This document shows positions 15,001 through 27,385 of a stretch of 46,002 nucleotides of DNA, one piece after another; position 1 is the stretch's first letter, and each line of letters starts with the position of its first letter. Location of the stretch: the NCBI GenBank assembly GCA_032718475.1, contig JAUCBJ010006290.1, forward strand, positions 1 through 46,002, in the 5' to 3' direction. The DNA is from Nemertoderma westbladi. Its lineage: Eukaryota; Animalia; Xenacoelomorpha. A model generated the notes under the pieces. That model saw only the letters and a program-made list of their open reading frames with translations. It was not told where the DNA came from and made no database searches. Position numbers and translations under genes: made by a program.

Positions 15001-18000
15001 ACAAACAAGTTACATTGATATTCGGTACGTTACAAACAAGTTACATAGATATTCGGTTCGTTACAATTACAAACAAGTTACATAGATATTCGGTACGTTA
15101 CAAACAAGTTACATAGATATTCGGTACGTTACAAACAAGTTACATAGATATTCGGTACGTTACAAACAAGTTACATAGATATTCGGTACGTTACAAACAA
15201 GTTACATTGATATTCGGTACGTTACAAACAAGTTACATAGATATTCGGTTCGTTACAATTACAAACAAGTTACATAGATATTCGGTACGTTACAAACAAG
15301 TTACATTGATATTCGGTACGTTACAAACAAGTTACATAGATATTCGGTTCGTTACAATTACAAACAAGTTACATAGATATTCGGTACGTTACAAACAAGT
15401 TACATAGATATTCGGTACGTTACAAACAAGTTACATAGATATTCGGTACGTTACAAACAAGTTACATAGATATTCGGTACGTTACAAACAAGTTACATAG
15501 ATATTCGGTACGTTATAAACAAGTTACATAGATATTCGGTACGTTACAAACAAGTTACATAGATATTCGGTTCGTTACAATTACAAACAAGTTACATAGA
15601 TATTCGGTACGTTACAAACAAGTTACATAGATATTCGGTACGTTACAAACAAGTTATATCGATATTCGGTACGTTACAAACAAGTTACATAGATATTCGG
15701 TTCGTTACAAACAAGTTACATAGATATTCGGTACGTTACAAACAAGTTATATCGATATTCGGTACGTTACAAACAAGTTACATAGATATTCGGTTCGTTA
15801 CAAACAAGTTACATAGATATTCGGTTCGTTACAATTACAAACAAGTTACATAGATATTCGGTACGTTACAAACAAGTTACATAGATATTCGGTACGTTAC
15901 AAACAAGTTACATAGATATTCGGTACGTTACAAACAAGTTACATTGATATTCGGTACGTTACAAACAAGTTACATAGATATTCGGTTCGTTACAAACAAG
16001 TTACATAGATATTCGGTTCGTTACAATTACAAACAAGTTACATAGATATTCTGTACGTTACAAACAAGTTACATTGATATTCGGTACGTTACAAACAAGT
16101 TACATAGATATTCGGTTCGTTACAATTACAAACAAGTTACATAGATATTCGGTACGTTACAAACAAGTTACATAGATATTCGGTACGTTACAAACAAGTT
16201 ACATAGATATTCGGTACGTTACAAACAAGTTACATTGATATTCGGTACGTTACAAACAAGTTACATAGATATTCGGTTCGTTACAATTACAAACAAGTTA
16301 CATAGATATTCGGTACGTTACAAACAAGTTACATAGATATTCGGTACGTTACAAACAAGTTACATAGATATTCGGTACGTTACAAACAAGTTACATTGAT
16401 ATTCGGTACGTTACAAACAAGTTACATAGATATTCGGTTCGTTACAATTACAAACAAGTTACATAGATATTCGGTACGTTACAAACAAGTTACATAGATA
16501 TTCGGTACGTTACAAACAAGTTACATAGATATTCGGTACGTTACAAACAAGTTACATAGATATTCGGTACGTTACAAACAAGTTACATTGATATTCGGTA
16601 CGTTACAAACAAGTTACATAGATATTCGGTACCTTACAAACAAGTTACATAGATATTCGGTACGTTACAAACAAGTTACATTGATATTCGGTACGTTATA
16701 AACAAGTTACATAGATATTCGGTACCTTACAATTACAAACAAGTTACATAGATATTCGGTACGTTACAATTACAAACAAGTTACATTGATATTCGGTACC
16801 TTACAATTACAAACAAGTTACATTGATATTCGGTACGTTACAATTACAAACAAGTTACATTGATATTCGGTACCTTACAATTACAAACAAGTTACATTGA
16901 TATTCGGTACCTTACAATTACAAACAAGTTACATTGATATTCGGTACGTTACAAACAAGTTACATAGATATTCGGTACGTTACAAACAAGTTACATAGAT
17001 ATTCGGTACGTTACAAACAAGTTACATTGATATTCGGTACGTTACAATTACAAACAAGTTACATTGATATTCGGTACGTTACAAACAAGTTACATAGATA
17101 TTCGGTACCTTACAAACAAGTTACATAGATATTCGGTACCTTACAATTACAAACAAGTTACATAGATATTCGGTACGTTACAATTACAAACAAGTTACAT
17201 TGATATTCGGTACCTTACAATTACAAACAAGTTACATAGATATTCGGTACGTTACAAACAAGTTACATAGATATTCGGTACGTTACAAACAAGTTACATA
17301 GATATTCGGTACGTTGCAAACAAGTTACATAGATATTCGGTACGTTGCAAACAAGTTACATAGATATTCGGTACGTTACAAACAAGTTACATAGATATTC
17401 GGTACGTTACAAACAAGTTACATAGATATTCGGTACGTTACAAACAAGTTACATAGATATTCGGTACCTTACAAACAAGTTACATAGATATTCGGTACCT
17501 TACAATTACAAACAAGTTACATAGATATTCGGTACGTTACAATTACAAACAAGTTACATAGATATTCGGTACCTTACAAACAAGTTACATAGATATTCGG
17601 TACGTTACAAACAAGTTACATTGATATTCGGTACGTTATAAACAAGTTACATAGATATTCGGTACCTTACAATTACAAACAAGTTACATAGATATTCGGT
17701 ACGTTACAATTACAAACAAGTTACATTGATATTCGGTACCTTACAATTACAAACAAGTTACATTGATATTCGGTACGTTACAATTACAAACAAGTTACAT
17801 TGATATTCGGTACCTTACAATTACAAACAAGTTACATAGATATTCGGTACCTTACAAACAAGTTACATTGATATTCGGTACGTTACAATTACAAACAAGT
17901 TACATTGATATTCGGTACCTTACAATTACAAACAAGTTACATAGATATTCGGTACCTTACAAACAAGTTACATAGATATTCGGTACGTTACAAACAAGTT

Positions 18001-21000
18001 ACATTGATATTCGGTACGTTATAAACAAGTTACATAGATATTCGGTACCTTACAATTACAAACAAGTTACATAGATATTCGGTACGTTACAATTACAAAC
18101 AAGTTACATAGATATTCGGTACCTTACAAACAAGTTACATAGATATTCGGTACGTTACAAACAAGTTACATAGATATTCGGTACGTTACAAACAAGTTAC
18201 ATAGATATTCGGTACCTTACAATTACAAACAAGTTACATAGATATTCGGTACGTTACAATTACAAACAAGTTACATTGATATTCGGTACCTTACAATTAC
18301 AAACAAGTTACATAGATATTCGGTACGTTACAATTACAAACAAGTTACATAGATATTCGGTACGTTGCAAACAAGTTACATTGATATTCGGTACGTTACA
18401 AACAAGATACATTGATATTCGGTACGTCACAAACAGGTTACATAGATATTCGGTACGTTACAATTACAAACAAGTTACATAGATATTCGGTACCTTACAA
18501 ACAAGTTACATAGATATTCGGTACGTTACAAACAAGTTACATAGATATTCGGTACGTTACAAACAAGTTACATAGATATTCGGTTCGTTACAAACAAGTT
18601 ACATAGATATTCGGTTCGTTACAAACAAGTTACATAGATATTCGGTATGTTACAAACAAGTTACATTGATATTCGGTACGTTACAAACAAGATACATTGA
18701 TATTCGGTACGTCACAAACAGGTTACATAGATATTCGGTACGTTACAATTACAAACAAGTTACATAGATATTCGGTACCTTACAAACAAGTTACATAGAT
18801 ATTCGGTACGTTACAAACAAGTTACATAGATATTCGGTACGTTACAAACAAGTTACATAGATATTCGGTACCTTACAATTACAAACAAGTTACATAGATA
18901 TTCGGTACGTTACAATTACAAACAAGTTACATTGATATTCGGTACCTTACAATTACAAACAAGTTACATAGATATTCGGTACGTTACAATTACAAACAAG
19001 TTACATAGATATTCGGTACGTTGCAAACAAGTTACATTGATATTCGGTACGTTACAAACAAGATACATTGATATTCGGTACGTCACAAACAGGTTACATA
19101 GATATTCGGTACGTTACAATTACAAACAAGTTACATAGATATTCGGTACCTTACAAACAAGTTACATAGATATTCGGTACGTTACAAACAAGTTACATTG
19201 ATATTCGGTACGTTACAAACAATATACATTGATATTCGGTACGTCACAAACAGGTTACATAGATATTCGGTACGTTACAATTACAAACAAGTTACATAGA
19301 TATTCGGTACCTTACAAACAAGTTACATAGATATTCGGTACGTTACAAACAAGTTACATAGATATTCGGTACGTTACAAACAAGTTACATAGATATTCGG
19401 TACGTTACAAACAAGTTACATAGATATTCGGTACGTTACAATTACAAACAAGTTACATAGATATTCGGTACGTTACAATTACAAACAAGTTACATTGATA
19501 TTCGGTACCTTACAAACAAGTTACATAGATATTCGGTACGTTACAAACAAGTTACATTGATATTCGGTACGTTACAAACAAGTTACATTGATATTCGGTA
19601 CGTTACAAACAAGATACATTGATATTCGGTACGTCACAAACAGGTTACATAGATATTCGGTACGTTACAATTACAAACAAGTTACATAGATATTCGGTAC
19701 GTTACAAACAAGTTACATTGATATTCGGTACGTTACAAACAAGATACATTGATATTCGGTACGTCACAAACAGGTTACATAGATATTCGGTACGTTACAA
19801 TTACAAACAAGTTACATAGATATTCGGTACGTTACAAACAAGTTACATAGATATTCGGTACGTTACAATTACAAACAAGTTACATAGATATTCGGTACGT
19901 TACAAACAAGTTACATAGATATTCGGTACGTTACAAACAAGTTACATAGATATTCGGTACGTTACAATTACAAACAAGTTACATAGATATTCGGTACGTT
20001 ACAAACAAGTTACATAGATATTCGGTACGTTATAAACAAGTTACATTGATATTCGGTACGTCACAAACAGGTTACATAGATATTCGGTACGTTACAATTA
20101 CAAACAAGTTACATAGATATTCGGTACGTTACAAACAAGTTACATAGATATTCGGTACGTTATAAACAAGTTACATTGATATTCGGTACGTCACAAACAG
20201 GTTACATAGATATTCGGTACGTTACAATTACAAACAAGTTACATAGATATTCGGTACGTTACAAACAAGTTACATTGATATTCGGTACGTTACAAACAAG
20301 TTACATTGATATTCGGTACGTTACAAACAAGATACATTGATATTCGGTACGTCACAAACAGGTTACATAGATATTCGGTACGTTACAATTACAAACAAGT
20401 TACATAGATATTCGGTACGTTACAAACAAGTTACATAGATATTCGGTACGTTATAAACAAGTTACATTGATATTCGGTACGTCACAAACAGGTTACATAG
20501 ATATTCGGTACGTTACAATTACAAACAAGTTACATAGATATTCGGTACGTTACAAACAAGTTACATTGATATTCGGTACGTTATAAACAAGTTACATTGA
20601 TATTCGGTACGTCACAAACAGGTTACATAGATATTCGGTACGTTACAATTACAAACAAGTTACATAGATATTCGGTACGTTACAAACAAGTTACATAGAT
20701 ATTCGGTACGTTACAATTACAAACAAGTTACATCGATATTCGGTACGTTACAATTACAAACAAGTTACATTGATATTCGGTACCTTACAATTACAAACAA
20801 GTTACATTGATATTCGGTACCTTACAATTACAAACAAGTTACATTGATATTCGGTACGTTATAAACAAGTTACATATATATTCGGTACGTTACAAACAAG
20901 TTACATAGATATTCGGTACGTTACAATTACAAACAAGTTACATTGATATTCGGTACCTTACAATTACAAACAAGTTACATTGATATTCGGTACGTTACAA

Positions 21001-24000
21001 ACAAGTTACATAGATATTCGGTACGTTACAAACAAGTTACATAGATATTCGGTACGTTACAAACAAGTTACATAGATATTCGGTACGTTACAAACAAGTT
21101 ACATTGATATTCGGTGCGTTACAAACAAGTTATATCGATATTCGGTACGTTACAAACAAGTTACATCGATATTCGGTACGTTACAATTACAAACAAGTTA
21201 CATAGATATTCGGTACGTTACAAACAAGTTACATTGATATTCGGTACGTTACAAACAAGTTACATTGATATTCGGTACGTTACAAACAAGTTACATAGAT
21301 ATTCGGTACCTTACAAACAAGTTACATCGATATTCGGTACGTTACAAACAAGTTACATCGATATTCGGTACGTTACAATTACAAACAAGTTACATAGATA
21401 TTCGGTACGTTACAAACAAGTTACATTGATATTCGGTACGTTACAAACAAGTTACATAGATATTCGGTACGTTATAAACAAGTTACATTAATATTCGGTA
21501 CGTCACAAACAGGTTACATCGATATTCGGTACGTTACAAACAAGTTACATCGATATTCGGTACGTTACAAACAAGTTACATCGATATTCGGTACGTTACA
21601 ATTACAAACAAGTTACATAGATATTCGGTACGTTACAAACAAGTTACATTGATATTCGGTACGTTACAAACAAGTTACATAGATATTCGGTACGTTACAA
21701 ACAAGTTACATTAATATTCGGTACGTCACAAACAAGTTACATAGATATTCGGTACGTTACAATTACAAACAAGTTACATAGATATTCGGTACGTTACAAA
21801 CAAGTTACATTGATATTCGGTACGTTACAAACAAGTTACATAGATATTCGGTACCTTACAATTACAAACAAGTTACATAGATATTCGGTACGTTATAAAC
21901 AAGTTACATTAATATTCGGTACGTCACAAACAGGTTACATCGATATTCGGTACGTTACAAACAAGTTACATAGATATTCGGTACGTTACAAACAAGTTAC
22001 ATCGATATTCGGTACGTTACAATTACAAACAAGTTACATAGATATTCGGTACGTTACAAACAAGTTACATTGATATTCGGTACGTTACAAACAAGTTACA
22101 TAGATATTCGGTACGTTACAAACAAGTTACATTAATATTCGGTACGTCACAAACAAGTTACATCGATATTCGGTACGTTACAAACAAGTTACATAGATAT
22201 TCGGTACGTTACAAACAAGTTACATAGATATTCGGTACGTTACAAACAAGTTACATCGATATTCGGTACGTTACAAACAAGTTACATAGATATTCGGTAC
22301 GTTACAAACAAGTTACATTGATATTCGGTACGTTACAAACAAGTTACATCGATATTCGGTACGTTACAAACAAGTTACATAGATATTCGGTACGTTACAA
22401 ACAAGTTACATTGATATTCGGTACGTTACAAACAAGTTACATTGATATTCGGTACGTTACAAACAAGTTACATAGATATTCGGTACGTTACAAACAAGTT
22501 ACATAGATATTCGGTACGTTACAAACAAGTTACATTGATATTCGGTACGTTACAAACAAGTTACATCGATATTCGGTACGTTACAAACAAGTTACATAGA
22601 TATTCGGTACGTTACAAACAAGTTACATTGATATTCGGTACGTTACAAACAAGTTACATAGATATTCGGTACGTTACAAACAAGTTACATAGATATTCGG
22701 TACGTTACAAACAAGTTACATCGATATTCGGTACGTTACAAACAAGTTACATAGATATTCGGTACGTTACAAACAAGTTACATTGATATTCGGTACGTTA
22801 CAAACAAGTTATATTGATATTCGGTACGTTACAAACAAGTTACATCGATATTCGGTACGTTACAAACAAGTTATATTGATATTCGGTACGTTACAAACAA
22901 GTTACATCGATATTCGGTACGTTACAAACAAGTTATATTGATATTCGGTACGTTACAAACAAGTTACATTGATATTCGGTACGTTACAAACAAGTTACAT
23001 CGATATTCGGTACGTTACAGACAAGTTACATAGATATTCGGTACGTTACAAACAAGTTATATTGATATTCGGTACGTTACAAACAAGTTACATTGATATT
23101 CGGTACGTTACAAACAAGTTACATCGATATTCGGTACGTTACAGACAAGTTACATAGATATTCGGTACGTTACAAACAAGTTATATTGATATTCGGTACG
23201 TTACAAACAAGTTACATAGATATTCGGTACGTTACAAACAAGTTACATCGATATTCGGTACGTTACAAACAAGTTACATAGATATTCGGTACGTTACAAA
23301 CAAGTTACATAGATATTCGGTACGTTACAAACAAGTTACATTGATATTCGGTACGTTGCAAACAAGTTACATAGATATTCGGTACGTTACAAACAAGTTA
23401 TATTGATATTCGGTACGTTACAAACAAGTTACATAGATATTCGGTACGTTACAAACAAGTTACATAGATATTCGGTACGTTACAAACAAGTTACATAGAT
23501 ATTCGGTACGTTACAAACAAGTTACATAGATATTCGGTACGTTACAAACAAGTTACATAGATATTCGGTACGTTACAAACAAGTTACATAGATATTCGGT
23601 ACGTTACAAACAAGTTACATAGATATTCGGTACGTTACAAACAAGTTACATAGATATTCGGTACGTTACAAACAAGTTACATAGATATTCGGTATGTTAC
23701 AAACAAGTTACATAGATATTCGGTACGTTACAAACAAGTTACATCGATATTCGGTACGTTACAAACAAGTTACATAGATATTCGGTACGTTACAAACAAG
23801 TTACATAGATATTCGGTACGTTACAAACAAGTTACATAGATATTCGGTACGTTACAAACAAGTTACATCGATATTCGGTACGTTACAAACAAGTTACATA
23901 GATATTCGGTACGTTACAAACAAGTTACATAGATATTCGGTGCGTTACAAACAAGTTACATAGATATTCGGTACGTTACAAACAAGTTACATTGATATTC

Positions 24001-24777
24001 GGTACGTTACAAACAAGTTACATTGATATTCGGTACGTTACAAACAAGTTACATAGATATTCGGTGCGTTACAAACAAGTTACATAGATATTCGGTATGT
24101 TACAAACAAGTTACATTGATATTCGGTACGTTACAAACAAGTTACATAGATATTCGGTACGTTACAAACAAGTTACATTGATATTCGGTGCGTTACAAAC
24201 AAGTTACATAGATATTCGGTACGTTACAAACAAGTTACATCGATATTCGGTACGTTACAAACAAGTTACATCGATATTCGGTACGTTACAAACAAGTTAC
24301 ATTGATATTCGGTACGTTACAAACAAGTTACATAGATATTCGGTACGTTACAAACAAGTTACATAGATATTCGGTACGTTACAAACAAGTTACATAGATA
24401 TTCGGTACGTTACAAACAAGTTACATTGATATTCGGTACGTTACAAACAAGTTACATTGATATTCGGTACGTTACAAAAAAGTTACATTGATATTCGGTA
24501 TGTTACAAACAAGTTACATAGATATTCGGTACGTTACAAACAAGTTACATCGATATTCGGTATGTTACAAACAAGTTACATAGATATTCGGTACGTTACA
24601 AATAAGTTACATCGATATTCGGTACGTTACAAACAAGTTACATAGATATTCGGTACGTTACAAACAAGTTACATAGATATTCGGTACGTTACAAACCAGT
24701 TACATTGATATTCGGTACGTTACAAACAAGTTACATCGATATTCGGTACGTTACAAACAAGTTACATTGATATTCGG
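1..24777. repeat. 31-bp tandem satellite array (consensus GATATTCGGTACGTTACAAACAAGTTACATA), ~770-790 copies, running off the left edge; probably intronic
   Basis: Directly visible 31-bp periodicity. Length variants are 37 bp (TTACAA duplication) and 29 bp (AAACATTACA). Point variants occur at ACAT[A/T/C]GAT and GGT[ACG/GCG/ATG/TCG/ACC]TT. The array ends abruptly at ...GATATTCGG (24777). Copy number is estimated from length. Confidence 0.99.
510..9180. repeat. Higher-order tandem duplication of ~4317 bp within the satellite (~510-4826 and ~4827-9180)
   Basis: Rare variant monomers recur at a fixed offset: ATATATATT at ~1108/5425, AAATAAG at ~3107/7423, and identical ORF-track entries at 799/5116, 1661/5977, 2386/6702, 2777/7093. 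The offset drops from 4317 to 4316 after a 1-bp deletion at ~5622. Confidence 0.9.
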
Positions 24778-24805
24778 GGTTTATTTTATGAAATATTTGT
24801 TTTAG

Positions 24806-25541
24806 ACGACGTCGATCCTACAGCAGATCGCGATCATACTCCCGATCCTATACGAGATCCAGATCGCGATCACGTAGACGCCGATCGCGGTCCCGCTCAC
24901 GCGATCGGCGATCACGTGACAGGCGATCTAGGTCACGTAACAGGCGATCCAGGTCACGTGACAGACGAACCAGATCGCGGGACAGACGTAACCGTTCCGT
25001 CAGTCGTTCTAGATCTCGAGATCGCAAGTCGATGTCGCGCGATTCGTCTCCCGGAGGTAAAAAGCTCAGGTCCCGCAACCGGAAATCATCATCACGTGAC
25101 CGGAAGTCAGCATCACGTGACCGGAAGTCGGCATCACGTGACCGGAAGTCAGCTACACGTGACCGGAAGTCAGAATCACGTGACCGGAAGTCAGAATCAC
25201 GTGACCAAAGATCAGCATCACGTGACCGGAAGTCGAGATCACATGATCGAGTTTCCCTCGAGAAGCGACTCGGTTCCGGCGATCGGGATTCCGGTTCCCG
25301 GAAGGAGAGTGGACGTCATCGGTCACATGACCGACGGTCGAGGTCCAACTCAAGCGTTCGACGTAGGAGCGTAACGCCCGATCGGCGATCCGGATCGCCC
25401 GAGCTCCGTAGATCGAAGTCTGGCGCCTCAGATCGCGGGTCGCCGGTTCGATCCAGCCCTATCAGAGAACCTGATAACCTCGACAAAGAAAGGGCCGTTA
25501 ACGGCAACTTAGATAGAGATGATCCCATGGAGGGAGATTGA
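24806..25541 (+). CDS. Terminal coding exon of an SR/SR-related (RS-domain) splicing-factor gene; upstream exons lie outside the window
   Basis: Acceptor TATTTGTTTTAG| (AG at 24804-24805). One base of a split codon is followed by an open frame from 24807 reading RRRSYSRSRSYSRSYTRSRSRSRRRRSRSRSRDRRSRD..., continuous with ORF 25032-25541 (stop TGA). GC-rich against AT-rich flanks; AATAAA 90 bp after the stop. Confidence 0.88.
25071..25250 (+). repeat. Coding 21-bp tandem repeat (TCACGTGACCGGAAGTCAGCA, encoding SRDRKSA), 7 good copies plus degenerate flanking units
   Basis: Units start at 25092, 25113, 25134, 25155, 25176, 25197 and 25218. Confidence 0.93.
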
Positions 25542-25630
25542 GGGACAGTATAAAGAGAAGAAACTCATGGACAATTACAACTATAAGGGTACTTGTATAC
25601 ACAGTAATACTTAAATATCATGTGAACATG

Positions 25631-25636
25631 AATAAA
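25631..25636 (+). terminator. Candidate polyadenylation signal of the SR gene
   Basis: AATAAA 90 bp downstream of the stop codon. Confidence 0.6.
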
Positions 25637-25945
25637 CTATTTGCAAAGAATAGATCGAAGCATCAATGAATAACTTCGATTAGCTCAAATAATAACTCAA
25701 AAGCCAATAGCGCAGAGCCAGAAGGCCGACGTCGCGTTTTTGTATTTTATGTTAACATGTTTTGTGAAAACCGCATCGTCGTATTTGCAACTTTTAGATG
25801 ACAGCTTTTATTGTGAATAATTTTAACTATCTGTTTTACTGTTAATTGCTCTTCGCAATTTCTTATAATTATTATATTGGTCGACACAGAGGATTTTAAT
25901 GATGATAATATTTGTGTTGTATTTGATTTACCCATGTGCTACTTA

Positions 25946-27385
25946 CATGACCTACACGATCCGCCAAGCCGCTGCAAAGCTCCTAAATTTAGTGGGCCAA
26001 TTATTTCTCTTAGATCGAATCCCAGAAACACATCGAAATAAGTACTTGGCTATAACTAAAATTATGTCTCTTCTTTCAGATGAGGCAAATCTAAATGTAA
26101 TAGATCCAACAGTTTTCGAGATATGGTATTTCCTTGCACCCATGGTCACCACCTTTCTGAATTAAAAAAAATACTCCAAAGTCTTCGGTATAAACGTGCT
26201 ATGATTTTATGGTGTGTTGAATTCATTATTAATAATCGAAAGTGAGAAACTTAGAAGCAATACCTTTTCATAATTTTTAAGTAGACACTAAAAGAGCACC
26301 AAAACTCTTATCGCCATGGCAACTAGCTTTTTTTGTTTAAGCATCTTTAAAATAGATCCTCCGCCCAGCTTCGCCATTCCGTTGTAAAGGGGTTGAATTT
26401 GTTAGTTCGACTTCCAGGGGGTCTTCTGGCCAGGTTACGGAACAGATTTTCAGTTTGCATTTCGACGGGCGATATATCCATAGAAGCCAACAGCGGCCAT
26501 CTTTGTCAAAAGATGCTGTTCCCGCGATTCACCCGGATTCTGTTCCGATTTCAGTGCGCAAAATGCATCAAACTCTTAGAAGACATCCAGTAAAAATAGT
26601 ACCGTCCCGACGAAATTCATGAATTCTCGAAGAAGAGTAAAATTAGTTATTTAGCTGATGTAGAGGATTATTTAGCAGATAATGAAGAATTTTCAGATTA
26701 CGAGATTCGTCTACATCGTACAAGATGTTGTAAATGAGGTCTGTTTTCAAAATGGATTATAGTGGCACAATATGTCTATCTTTACAAGAATGTATAACAC
26801 TAGTGTAGCCTTCGTGTAGCAGAAGCTGCAAGCCATCTTAGCGAACAATTTTAATTATACCTACAACGATGATTATAATTGTAAATATGTTTCTTATATT
26901 CGAAATGTGACGTCATTGGAATCTCGACACAATTAAATGGCTTCTATGTCTGAAATCCAACAAATACAGATGATTACAGAACACCTGAAATATATAGAAT
27001 ACTATTATTAGAGTTTTTTTTACCACGGTCTGCAATGTCTTTGTCTTTGGAAAGAATTTGGAAAGACAGAAGAAAGAATTTAAAACTCAACTTAAATAAA
27101 ATGAATTATTGAATCGAAAGATCTCGATTCTACTCGATCGAGTAGAATATCTCGACCGATTCTACTCGATCGAGATCTCGACCGATTCTACTCGATCTAT
27201 TACATTTTTATTTGCCATTTCTGAAATAAGAGGCCTAATTTTAGTTATTTCTGATTTCTGACTAATTTAAGTTCATTCGAGGTGTTAACCTATTGTTTCA
27301 GGGATTCTATATAAGATAAATAACTGGCCCACTAAATTTAGGGGCTTTGCAGCAGCTTGGCGGGTCGGATCTATAGTAGATCATG
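25946..27385. mobile_element. Non-autonomous DNA transposon (~1440 bp) with long imperfect TIRs and CATG termini, P-element-like
   Basis: Left CATGACCTAC..GATCCG..CCAAGCCGCTGCAAAGCTCCTAAATTTAGTGGGCCA.. matches the reverse complement of 27294-27385. Similarity continues to ~26106/27194 (ATAACTAAAATTA..TCTT.TTTCAGA..GGCAAAT..AAATGTAATAGATC). Flanks CTACTTA (25939-25945) and CTACTTC (27386-27392) form a 7-bp TSD with one mismatch. Confidence 0.82.

Noticed and set aside
154-24645. Many repetitive ORFs (IFGTLQTSYIDIRYVTNKLHRYSVRYKQVT)
   Set aside because: Translation by-products of the 31-bp satellite, cycling through all three frames with frequent stops.
1-24777. CRISPR array
   Set aside because: No unique spacers, head-to-tail monomers, eukaryotic context and no cas genes.
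25032-25034. ATG at 25032 as the gene start
   Set aside because: The RS frame is open upstream to the acceptor at 24805, so this is an internal Met.
24848-25528. Alternative-frame and antisense ORFs over the RS exon (24848-25078, 24916-25374, 25153-25353, 25316-25528)
   Set aside because: Typical shadow ORFs of RS-domain codons; the RS frame has the splice acceptor and poly(A) signal.
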